A DNA stretch of 26,558 nt from Candidatus Hadarchaeum sp. (GCF_038871235.1 NZ_JAVZIN010000013.1:1-26558); one strand, 5' to 3'. Shown: positions 18,122-26,069, counted from the first letter of the stretch. Program-made: numbers and translations. The notes: generated by a model from the letters alone, not told the origin.

Positions 18122-19219
18122 TCATAAAAAGGTTTTCGATAATCGGGAAGGTTTTCTCTCATCCTCACGAATAATTTTTCTCTTGACTCCCTCCATCCTC
18201 AGAATCTCAGCTCCACACCTGCACTTGCCCTCAATCAGGTTGGAAATATCTCCCGATCTATATCTCACCAAAGGCATGCATCTCCTGTTGAGGGTGGTAA
18301 AGACCAGCTCCCCCTCCTCACCGGGCTCCAAGACCTCACCCGATTCCGGGTCCACAATTTCCACAAAAAAATCCGCCTCATTTATGTGAAGACCATCTTG
18401 GGCCTTGCATTCGATCGACACAGCTAAGCCAGTTTCTATCGTCCCGTACTGGTCATAGGCATTGCAACCCCACACCGCTTCAACCTCCCTCCTGATCGAT
18501 TCATCAAAGGGAAAATAGTTACAACCGCGGCTCATGATGATCGATTTTATTCCAAGCCAGTCTAAATCGCGACCCTCGGCCAGTCCTGTGATCGCATAGA
18601 TGTAGGGATTCGATCCGATCAGCATGGTGGATTTATGCTCCACTATCTTCCGCACCTGCCCCTCCAGAAGGTCGTGACCAGTAACCACCGCCGAAGCTCC
18701 GCAGGCCTCCGCGGCCCTGCTGACTAGGTAATCACAGCCCCACTCGGCTTCAGGTGGAAACATTATTTGCAGCACGTCACCTCGCCTCAAGCCCAAGGTC
18801 CTGAGCGCGGCTGCTATTGAGGCGACGATTCTGTCCAACTCATCTTTGGTATAAAAAACACGTACCGAGTCAATGGTCCCATCAGCGGAAAATCCCCGGA
18901 AAATCTCACTCTGCGGCAAACAGCAGAAAAGCTGTGGCCTTCCGATCAGATCCCTTGGCTCCGTTAACGGAATTTTGGAAAAATCATCAAATGATTTTAT
19001 CTCATCGGTATCGATACCTGCAGCCGCATACAGGCTCCTGTAAAAGGGACTTTTTGCACCAGTGTATTTTATCACCTCGGAAAGCTTCAACAGATGATAT
19101 CTCTCAATATCTTCCCTCTTTATCGGTTGATCCTTATCAAGAGAGTATTTCCTTGTCATCTGACTCTCTCTAAAACTTCGATTTATTTCAGAGTGAATCC
19201 ATTTCTCTAGAAAGTTCAT
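18122..19219 (-). CDS. PaaK-like (phenylacetate-CoA ligase family) adenylate-forming protein with a degenerate P-loop
   Basis: SPFYR, DQYGTIETG, VEIVDP, GELVFTTL..MPLVRYRSGD and CRCG. Lacks a canonical TSGTTG motif and the C-terminal lid domain. Confidence 0.75.
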   Translation of the reverse strand: MNFLEKWIHSEINRSFRESQMTRKYSLDKDQPIKREDIERYHLLKLSEVIKYTGAKSPFYRSLYAAAGIDTDEIKSFDDFSKIPLTEPRDLIGRPQLFCCLPQSEIFRGFSADGTIDSVRVFYTKDELDRIVASIAAALRTLGLRRGDVLQIMFPPEAEWGCDYLVSRAAEACGASAVVTGHDLLEGQVRKIVEHKSTMLIGSNPYIYAITGLAEGRDLDWLGIKSIIMSRGCNYFPFDESIRREVEAVWGCNAYDQYGTIETGLAVSIECKAQDGLHINEADFFVEIVDPESGEVLEPGEEGELVFTTLNRRCMPLVRYRSGDISNLIEGKCRCGAEILRMEGVKRKIIREDERKPSRLSKTFL

Positions 19220-19315
19220 CCTTGGTCCCTAACTTTTGCTTTTATTATCGAATCCAAACTTTAAAGCGTGCTGGTCTATAATGATTACATCAGAAAAATT
19301 GGGATAGGTCCAAAA

Positions 19316-20290
19316 ATGAGACAAAAGGCAGTTTCCATCGACGTGACAAATAGATGCAACCTCCGCTGTCGGCACTGTTTCTTTTGGAGGGTAGAAAACC
19401 TAGGAGAACTGTCCATCGAAGGTTGGAAAGAGGTCTTGGGAAAGTTGCCTAAATTTCTTTACTGCTCTTGGGTGGGGGGAGAGCCTCTTCTCCGCAAAGA
19501 ACTCATAGAAACAGGAAAAAACAAGTTCCTCATTAATGAGGTGGTGACTAACGGTACTGTCCCCATACCTAGCTGGAACGATGTCTCCTTTTTCATCAGC
19601 ATCGACGGCACCAAACACTACCATGAAGTCATCAGAGGGAAGGGGACCTACGATCTGGCGAGGGAAAATATCAAAACCACCGGGGCTCGTTATCTGCTGC
19701 TGAACATGGTGGTAAACTCCCTGAACTACCGATCCATCGAAAAATTTGTTTCTGAATGGAGCAACTCGAAAGTACTGTGGGTAAAATTCAGCTTTTACAC
19801 GCCGTTCATCGGTGGGGAAAACTCGCTTTTTCTGCCGTTCAAAAAGAGGAATGAGATTATTGATAGAGTTTTGAAGCCGTTGAAGGAAAACTATGGAGAC
19901 TTCATCTTCATCTCGGATGCTCTACTGGAATCGATGAAATATCCCAACTGCTTAAAGGTAACTTCGGACTGCCCAGCTACCAAACTTATTCTCAGCCTAG
20001 ACAGCATGGGTAAAATAAAATACCGCAGCTGCGGCGGTAGAAGAGCCTGCTACATGGGTGCTGGAGCCATCTGCGAAAAATGCGGCCATATGACCCCCCA
20101 TTATCTCAGAGCAATCTACGAGATGGAAGACTGGGAAATAATCCGCAAATCCATCAAGCACATACCTAGAGGAGTGGCACTTAAAGCCATCAAGTCGTTG
20201 CTACCAAAAACTATCTGCAAAAAATTGTCTCGTGGAACCAACAAAGAACATATTGTGGAAAAACAAAACAAAGATGAGTTTAATGTCTGA
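19316..20290 (+). CDS. Radical SAM protein of unknown function with a Cys-rich C-terminal region
   Basis: DVTNRCNLRCRHCF, GGEPLL, TNG, SIDG..H..IRG and C-terminal C..C..C..CEKC. ATG 19316 is preferred over GTG 19268. Confidence 0.88.
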   Translation: MRQKAVSIDVTNRCNLRCRHCFFWRVENLGELSIEGWKEVLGKLPKFLYCSWVGGEPLLRKELIETGKNKFLINEVVTNGTVPIPSWNDVSFFISIDGTKHYHEVIRGKGTYDLARENIKTTGARYLLLNMVVNSLNYRSIEKFVSEWSNSKVLWVKFSFYTPFIGGENSLFLPFKKRNEIIDRVLKPLKENYGDFIFISDALLESMKYPNCLKVTSDCPATKLILSLDSMGKIKYRSCGGRRACYMGAGAICEKCGHMTPHYLRAIYEMEDWEIIRKSIKHIPRGVALKAIKSLLPKTICKKLSRGTNKEHIVEKQNKDEFNV

Positions 20291-21659
20291 AATAATCGGG
20301 AAGACATGGAGCCTCTGCCCCACTTGCTTGCGCAAAATACCTGCTAGGAAGACCATCGAGAATGACGCTGTCTATCTCGAAAAAGAATGCGCGGAACATG
20401 GCAAATTCAAAACCATCGTCTGGAGAGGTGCTAAACACTACCAAATTATAAACAAGTTTGAATCCATTAGAAAGGGCTCAAAGATTAGGCAAACTTCCGG
20501 AAAACAAGGGTGTCCTCTAGACTGCGGGCTCTGCCCCAACCACAAGCAGGACACTTGCCTGGTGGTCATGGAGGTAACCAACAAGTGCAATCTCAACTGC
20601 GTGGCCTGCTTTGCTGGCGCCGGTGAGGGATATCTCTACGAGCCAGACATTGGCCAGATCGAGAAGATGTACAAAATGCTGTTAAAGAGTTCCAAGCCCG
20701 TGTGCGTACAAATCAGCGGTGGTGAGCCAACCGTTCGTGAAGACCTGCCGGAAATAATTTCGCTGGGGAAAAAAATGGGAATAGATTACATCGAACTGAA
20801 CACCAACGGCTTAAAGTTGGCCGATGATCTCGAGTACCTGGACCTGCTTAAGCGGGCGGGCTTAGATGCCGTTTACCTCTCATTTGATGGCCTCACGCCG
20901 GATGTCTACCGCAAGATCTGCGGCGCGGATATACTTGATTCAAAGATAAAGGCGGTGGAAAACTGCGCCCGTGCTGGAATGGGTGTCATCCTTGTCCCGA
21001 AAATCATCAAATACATCAACCACGACCAGATTGGCGAGATAATAAATTTCGCCAAAAAATGGATCCCGACCGTTAAAGGGGTACACTTTCAGCCGCTCAG
21101 TTATTTTGGCAGACATCCGGGTCAACCGGACGATGATGAAAGGATAACCATTCCGGACCTGCTCAACGCCATCGAGGTACAGACAAAAGGTGAAATCAGA
21201 ACAGACAACTTCATTCCAACCTCCTGTCCCGACGTGCACTGCGACGCAAGATGTCTTTCCGTGCTGCTGGAAGACGGCAATCTCCTCCCATTAACCAGCC
21301 TTTCCAATATCCCGCCGCCAAGCTGCACCGATGTTCCCCAGCTAATCCGTGACTCCGTCGCCAGTCTCTGGAAGCTGGCACCTAGGAGTGAGCCTCCAAC
21401 CAAGCCGGGCGTGGCCCCGTGCAAGTGTAAGGCGGGCAGCTGGATGGAATTGGTCCAGAGAGCGACGGAGAACTATCTGACCATTTCAACAATGGCCTTT
21501 CAGGATGTTTGGAACATTGACCTCGAAAGGCTGGAAAAGTGCTGCATCCACGTCGCCACACCCGACCTGCGGCTGATACCCTTCTGCGCTTTCAACGTTA
21601 CCTCCTCAGGCGGTGCCTCCCTGTATCGACACCAAGTGCTGTCAAAATACGCAAAATGA
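20283..21659 (+). CDS. Multi-cluster radical SAM enzyme of the Tes/GDGT-MAS-related group (TrsS-like)
   Basis: N-terminal TWSLCPTC...ECAEHG, CPLDCGLCPNH, radical SAM motif CNLNCVAC, SGGEPT, and C-terminal AFQDVWNIDLERLEKCCIH...PFC. Confidence 0.85.
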   Translation: MSEIIGKTWSLCPTCLRKIPARKTIENDAVYLEKECAEHGKFKTIVWRGAKHYQIINKFESIRKGSKIRQTSGKQGCPLDCGLCPNHKQDTCLVVMEVTNKCNLNCVACFAGAGEGYLYEPDIGQIEKMYKMLLKSSKPVCVQISGGEPTVREDLPEIISLGKKMGIDYIELNTNGLKLADDLEYLDLLKRAGLDAVYLSFDGLTPDVYRKICGADILDSKIKAVENCARAGMGVILVPKIIKYINHDQIGEIINFAKKWIPTVKGVHFQPLSYFGRHPGQPDDDERITIPDLLNAIEVQTKGEIRTDNFIPTSCPDVHCDARCLSVLLEDGNLLPLTSLSNIPPPSCTDVPQLIRDSVASLWKLAPRSEPPTKPGVAPCKCKAGSWMELVQRATENYLTISTMAFQDVWNIDLERLEKCCIHVATPDLRLIPFCAFNVTSSGGASLYRHQVLSKYAK

Positions 21660-21729
21660 CTCAGGGATATTTGAAAATTCTCCCATCCTAACCATGCCAA
21701 AAGCGGGACGTTGTCAACTCAAATTTGGC

Positions 21730-22035
21730 TTATCTTGACGGATTTTCACCAAAGTCTTCATAGTAGCTGGAAAATATCTGGGAGGTGTAGGCGGCCAACT
21801 CCCGGGTGTCCTTTTTTGATGAGGTGACTCCGATTTGATTGATGGGAAACTCATCATCACACCTCGGGCAGCGGGTGTATTCACAGCCAAGGATGGCCTC
21901 CGGGCAGCCACGGCAGGCCACCGCCCTTGCATAGAAGATACTAAACTCAAACCCACACTTGGGACACCTCAAAGTCCTCGTGGTCTTAAGAAGTCGCGGA
22001 CTTCCACCCAGCTTCTCCAGACAACTCGAGAGCAT
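21730..22035 (-). CDS. Small Cys-rich metal-binding protein
   Basis: CPKC, CRGC..C and CPRC pairs in about 100 aa. ATG 22035 follows GGAG, and it is the last gene of the minus-strand operon. Confidence 0.7.
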   Translation of the reverse strand: MLSSCLEKLGGSPRLLKTTRTLRCPKCGFEFSIFYARAVACRGCPEAILGCEYTRCPRCDDEFPINQIGVTSSKKDTRELAAYTSQIFSSYYEDFGENPSR

Positions 22036-22047
22036 ACTTATCTCCAA

Positions 22048-22503
22048 TCAAGCCCTCTTTTTCTCGAACAAACACATGGCCGTGCAGAGCGTTTTGGTAA
22101 CTATATGCTCCTCAAAAAATCCCGTCCCACACTGTGGACAGGCCATCACCGGGGCCTGCCTCGTTATTCCTAAATAGGAGACATTCATGCTTGCGCGGAC
22201 GGTGTTTTTATTGCATTTTTCGCAGCGCCATGGCTGAACGTCGTCGAGGACTAAGTCGGTGACCTCCTTTTCATCCATCCGGTGGGAATAGGCCGTGACA
22301 ACATCGACCGCACCGTCCGAACGTTTATAAACCACGTAAACCGTGGTGGTCCCTATTTTCTTCTTGGCCAAGTTTTGGTCGTCAAGGATCAGCTTTTCCC
22401 GGGTCTCCTCCCCGTGCTGAACGACTTCCCTCAATTGCTCAACCGGGATGCCCCTCTCCTCAGCCAGCTTTTTTACCTCATCGCTTATGTTTATCTCCAT
22501 CAT
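22048..22503 (-). CDS. Two-domain small protein ending in a CxxC...CxxC module (DVU_1557-like)
   Basis: N-domain ends ...VVTAYSHRM. C-domain is WRCEKC...SYLG...CPQCG...FEKK. SD is GGGGTGA. The family resemblance is recalled, not searched. Confidence 0.65.
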   Translation of the reverse strand: MMEINISDEVKKLAEERGIPVEQLREVVQHGEETREKLILDDQNLAKKKIGTTTVYVVYKRSDGAVDVVTAYSHRMDEKEVTDLVLDDVQPWRCEKCNKNTVRASMNVSYLGITRQAPVMACPQCGTGFFEEHIVTKTLCTAMCLFEKKRA

Positions 22504-22509
22504 TTTCGA

Positions 22510-23616
22510 TCACCCCTCATATTTTCCAAAATCCCTCGCTGCCCTGACCATGGCGTGGATGCTTGATGGTGGCGATCCGTGAGGACACTCGCAGGCCAAA
22601 CCTGAGATGAAACCATTGGGGCTGTCCTTCGCGGCCAAAATCTGTTCCTTCGCCATCTCATAAACCTGAGTCGGTGAACCGGAAAAGGTCAAGGTGGTGT
22701 CTATGTTTCCCATCAAAGTGGCACGCTTGCCATAGAGCTGCTTCAGCTTCTCCAGCGGGAACGGCTTCCTGCCCTCGTATCCGACCTGCATGACGGTGAA
22801 TGGTGTGAAAATGGTGTCCTTCCACAGCTCCCAGTCCTTGGCATGGTTGCCGCAGTGGTGATACCAGATCTGCGGCCCGGCACCTATCTTGAGGGCCTTC
22901 TTGACCAGCTCTGAAACGTACTTCACACCGAACTCCTTGACCTGCTTCGGGCCCAGCAGGTCGCTGCCGGCAACCGTGGAACCGGTCACTATCATGGCAC
23001 TTCCGTACCTCTCAACCAAGGCCCTGCAGCCGTTGAGCGAGGTCTCCATAAACTTCTGGATCAATTTATGGCACAGCGGTGGATTTCTAATCGTCATCAC
23101 CAGAAATTTCTCCAAGCCTATGAGCTGAGATGCGTTTGCCTCGGGATGAAAGGCAAAATAGAGCGGAACGAACCAGTTGGGGTAGTTATCCCGCACGTAA
23201 TCAAAGGCCTCAACAAAGGAAGTGTAGGTGGGTCCCTTTTTGATCTCCTCCTCGCTAACGACCTCAAGCTTGTCGATGTCCTCGGGGGTCTTTATCGCGT
23301 TTTCCTTGATGTGTGGAGGCTGGTTCTCCCTCCACTCTAGCTTGTTCCCCATCTCCTGCTCCCAGACGTGAATGGTCGGCCACCAGTGGGCCACAGGTAT
23401 TAAGTCAAATGTCTCGTGGGCGGCGATGACGGAGGCAATGCCCTTCTTAGGGTTAAGGTACCACTCCTTGGCGGACATTCCGGCCAAGTACCCGGCCTCG
23501 GACAACAGAATGGGATCAACGTCAATTCTATCATAAGGCTTATCCACAAATGGCGCGGCGAATCTCTTTGTGGCATGCTCCACCCATTTGGGATCGGGAT
23601 CCACAATATACTTCAA
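22510..23616 (-). CDS. UroD-superfamily, MtaA/CmuA-like methylcobamide-dependent methyltransferase
   Basis: TIM-barrel size, IKTPEDIDKL, Zn-ligand pattern HHCG ... LACEC, LMGNID and HAMVRAAR. TTG start follows GGTGG. Confidence 0.75.
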   Translation of the reverse strand: MKYIVDPDPKWVEHATKRFAAPFVDKPYDRIDVDPILLSEAGYLAGMSAKEWYLNPKKGIASVIAAHETFDLIPVAHWWPTIHVWEQEMGNKLEWRENQPPHIKENAIKTPEDIDKLEVVSEEEIKKGPTYTSFVEAFDYVRDNYPNWFVPLYFAFHPEANASQLIGLEKFLVMTIRNPPLCHKLIQKFMETSLNGCRALVERYGSAMIVTGSTVAGSDLLGPKQVKEFGVKYVSELVKKALKIGAGPQIWYHHCGNHAKDWELWKDTIFTPFTVMQVGYEGRKPFPLEKLKQLYGKRATLMGNIDTTLTFSGSPTQVYEMAKEQILAAKDSPNGFISGLACECPHGSPPSSIHAMVRAARDFGKYEG

Positions 23617-23693
23617 ATCCCCACCAGTGATATCACGGTGTTACTCTTTTTTATCATTTTTGAAAAAGCTCCGAGGACATCTATCAAAGAAGA

Positions 23694-23723
23694 GGCGGGC
23701 CCGGTGGGATTTGAACCCACGAT
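23694..23723 (-). repeat. att site: duplicated 3' half of a tRNA (T-arm plus acceptor strand)
   Basis: Minus strand ATCGTGGGTTCAAATCCCACCGGGCCCGCC gives T-stem GTGGG/CCCAC, T-loop TTCAAAT, acceptor 3' strand CGGGCCC, discriminator G and CC. No matching 5' half is adjacent. Confidence 0.9.
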
Positions 23724-24594
23724 ATGCACCAGAGGGTTTGAGAAAAAGTTTGACCAAAAAGCGATTGAAGAAATTATGAGCCGTTTCAGGCAGCACCTCG
23801 AGATAGATTTGCTGAGAGCGCCGAGGACTGTTGACACCCATGTGAGGAACGCGCGGGAGTTTTTGGAGTTTGTGGCAAAGCCGCCGGAGCTGATAACCGC
23901 TGATGACGTGAGGAGCTATCTGGCGCAGCACCGACACCGACACCCCAACACCTACATGCACCGGCTGAAGGCGGTCCGGGTTTTCCTGCGCTACATTGGC
24001 AAGGAGGAGATCGGAAAAATGTTCAAGTTCCCGCGCCTGGAGCCGCCGTTTCAGGAAGCGCCCAAGGATGACGAGCTGGCAAAGTTCTACCAAGCGCTGG
24101 AGAGCCTGCACGATAAGGCCTTCTTCCTGGTGCTGGCCACAAGCGGGCTCAGATACAGCGAGGCGAAAAGCCTGAGAGTGGAGGATATCGACCTCGACAC
24201 CGGGATGGTGGTGCCGCACCGGAACGAGGTCAGGACCATCGGCACCAAGAACACCGGCATGACCTTCATCAACGGCGAGGCGCTCGAGGTGTTGAAGCAA
24301 TACCTGAAGGAGAGCGGCAAAAACAGCGGGCAAATTTTCGATGAGCTCAGAGGGAAATCGGGGACATGGTATAGATGGAAAATCGCGCGGGAGAAGTCTG
24401 GCACTAAAATCAGGCCCAAGGACCTGAGGCTTTGGTTCAACGTGAAAATGGCGCTGGCCGGTGTCCCAGATCGCTACGTTGACTTTTTCTGCGGCCGGGC
24501 CAGAAGGACCATCATCGCGCGGCATTACTCGGAATATTCGCCTGGGATCCTCAAAGAGATCTACAACAGGGCCGGGCTGAGGGTGCTGGGCTAG
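23695..24594 (+). CDS. int: SSV-type tyrosine integrase, C-terminal fragment int(C) split at the att site
   Basis: Begins with the tRNA-antisense peptide AGPVGFEPT, then a core-binding region. Catalytic residues are R (SGLRYSE), K (GTKN), KxxR (KDLR), R (CGRA) and Y (ARHY). First internal ATG is at 23776. Confidence 0.88.
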   Translation, partial: AGPVGFEPTICTRGFEKKFDQKAIEEIMSRFRQHLEIDLLRAPRTVDTHVRNAREFLEFVAKPPELITADDVRSYLAQHRHRHPNTYMHRLKAVRVFLRYIGKEEIGKMFKFPRLEPPFQEAPKDDELAKFYQALESLHDKAFFLVLATSGLRYSEAKSLRVEDIDLDTGMVVPHRNEVRTIGTKNTGMTFINGEALEVLKQYLKESGKNSGQIFDELRGKSGTWYRWKIAREKSGTKIRPKDLRLWFNVKMALAGVPDRYVDFFCGRARRTIIARHYSEYSPGILKEIYNRAGLRVLG

Positions 24595-24600
24595 GGCTGA

Positions 24601-24633
24601 GGCAGGCGCAGGGAGAGCGGCAGGCAGGGAGAG
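24601..24633 (+). repeat. Short imperfect tandem repeat downstream of the integrase
   Basis: GGCAGGCGCAGGGAGAG (24601-24617) and GGCAGGCAGGGAGAG (24619-24633). Confidence 0.5.
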
Positions 24634-24710
24634 AAATATAACAGTGTGATTAACGCAAATAATCTTAAAAAATCGCTCAGCCGAGTTTTAATTGGAAAAA
24701 ATTAAAAGAG

Positions 24711-24935
24711 GTGGTAAAAACGCGCGGCGCCATTGCGGTAATTTTCAGCAGCATCATCATGATCGCCGTGCTAGGCTGGGTCACCAACACCGTGCTGGGC
24801 AGCGTCCAAGCGGACAACGACATCCTCGGGGTCGAGTCGGCCCTGGCTACCTACGGACCCGTCGTCGTCACCATCACCATCATAGGCCTGTTCGTGCTCG
24901 GCGTTGGGGTGATGCTGAGGTTCCTGGTTGGATGA
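24711..24935 (+). CDS. Small two-hydrophobic-helix protein, candidate spindle-shaped-virus major capsid protein
   Basis: 74 aa: hydrophobic helix, polar linker (VQADND), G-x9-P, second hydrophobic helix, then a basic residue. It has its own AT-rich upstream region and a downstream T-tract. Confidence 0.6.
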   Translation: MVKTRGAIAVIFSSIIMIAVLGWVTNTVLGSVQADNDILGVESALATYGPVVVTITIIGLFVLGVGVMLRFLVG

Positions 24936-24949
24936 GGCCCTGAAGCTGA

Positions 24950-24981
24950 TTTTATTTTTTTTGACCTTTTTTTCATTTTTT
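24950..24981 (+). terminator. Oligo-T archaeal terminator
   Basis: TTTTATTTTTTTGACCTTTTTTTCATTTTTT directly after the small membrane gene. Confidence 0.6.
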
Positions 24982-25049
24982 ACTAACTGTCTCCCATCTG
25001 CTAATTTTTGGCACCATCATTTCTCCGAGTTGGGACAGGAGATAGATTA

Positions 25050-26069
25050 TTATGATTTGGTGATGCTCTTACCAAATAACTTAATCCAAGCGTCATTTAT
25101 CTGTTTCAAGTAAAACTCATATTTCTCCTTTGCTTGCTCTAATTTAGTGTGTCTTTTGTCATGGCCCGCGCATTTCTTTTCCTCTTTGATTTGTTTTTCT
25201 ATCTGTTCTTTTCCTTTCAAAAGCGCGGTGCTTCCTTCCTGGCAAAATTTAATCCACAATTGAATTAATTCTGGGTTTATCTCTGGAATTTGCTGTTTAA
25301 GTTCCTCAAGTTTTTCTATGGCCAATTTAGCCAAATAAGTCGTTTCGCTTTTCAGTTTGTTTTCCGTTTCCACATAAGTGAAATCTAATTCGTAAAAAAC
25401 ATCTATATTTTTTAAAAAGATTGGCGCGTATTCGTTGAAGTCAGAAATTGACGGTCGTTTTTTTACTGGGACCAACTGTTTGTTTTTGTAAAGAGCTAAA
25501 AGCGAGATAACTTCCAGAACAAGACTTGCGAGAAAAAGAGCGGGCCGAAGAGGAACTATACGGAAAAAATGCGTATAGTTGAGTTCTTTTGTTTTGGAGG
25601 TTTCATATTCCGCGGCGGCGTTTTTTATTGACATCCATTCAAATAGTGCGTGGCCGTTATTTCTCAAAAAATCTAAACATGTTTGATGACTGGCCGGCAC
25701 CTCTGCGGCTGCCTTTTCATTTTCTAGCCTAATTTCTTTAATTTTTTTCTTGAAAGCATCAAACAACACGAGTGCGTCATAAACCCATGGAACAGTAAAG
25801 ATAATGGGTCTAACCTCAAAATTCTGACTGGTAGGATATACTATTAGCGGCTTCCCTGCTGCGTGGACTTCTTGACGCGTTTCGATCAGTCCTGCCGCTT
25901 TCAATTTTCTTATGTGTTTAAGCATGCCTTGGGGCGTGATTTTGAAAAGATCGGCCAACTCAGTTAATTTCATTGGTCGTTCATATACTTTTTTTAGAAT
26001 CTCTTTTCTAATATTTGAAAGTATATTCGCGGTCATAATCGCACTTTCGTGAATTAAGTGTCTCTTCAT
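25050..26069 (-). CDS. ArsR-like winged-HTH protein with a large uncharacterised helical C-terminal region
   Basis: IRKEILKKVYERPMKLTELADLFKITPQGMLKHIRKLKAAGLI fits ArsR/HTH_20. The ORF is 339 codons of AT-rich DNA, and the start may be the second Met. Confidence 0.75.
   Translation of the reverse strand: MKRHLIHESAIMTANILSNIRKEILKKVYERPMKLTELADLFKITPQGMLKHIRKLKAAGLIETRQEVHAAGKPLIVYPTSQNFEVRPIIFTVPWVYDALVLFDAFKKKIKEIRLENEKAAAEVPASHQTCLDFLRNNGHALFEWMSIKNAAAEYETSKTKELNYTHFFRIVPLRPALFLASLVLEVISLLALYKNKQLVPVKKRPSISDFNEYAPIFLKNIDVFYELDFTYVETENKLKSETTYLAKLAIEKLEELKQQIPEINPELIQLWIKFCQEGSTALLKGKEQIEKQIKEEKKCAGHDKRHTKLEQAKEKYEFYLKQINDAWIKLFGKSITKS

Noticed and set aside
20283-21700. Selenocysteine or pyrrolysine recoding in the radical SAM cluster
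   Set aside because: The ORF is uninterrupted with Cys at the motif positions, and the terminal TGA follows a complete C-terminus.
22510-23616. Evidence for methanogenesis from the MtaA-like gene
   Set aside because: UroD/MtaA-family proteins are widespread in non-methanogens, and no mcr, corrinoid protein or substrate-specific methyltransferase gene is in the window.
23416-23693. N-terminal extension of the 392-aa integrase ORF given in the track
   Set aside because: It lies outside the att site, antisense to the methyltransferase gene and its promoter. It is a chance open frame in host DNA, not int(N).
23694-23770. Complete tRNA gene at the att site
   Set aside because: Only the T-arm and 3' acceptor strand are present. 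No D-arm, anticodon arm or GGGCCCG 5' strand is found at the expected distance.
23641-24525. 294-aa minus-strand ORF opposite the integrase
   Set aside because: Antisense shadow of a GC3-rich gene, with no recognisable motifs.
24595-24700. CRISPR array or replication-origin iterons after the integrase
   Set aside because: There are only two short imperfect copies with no spacers. No regularly spaced repeat array was seen anywhere in the window.
24928-25113. 61-aa plus-strand ORF after the capsid-like gene, and minus-strand ORFs 26127-26359
   Set aside because: The first runs through the T-tract terminator and overlaps the wHTH gene end. The others are antisense to the better-supported RHH and Alba-like genes.
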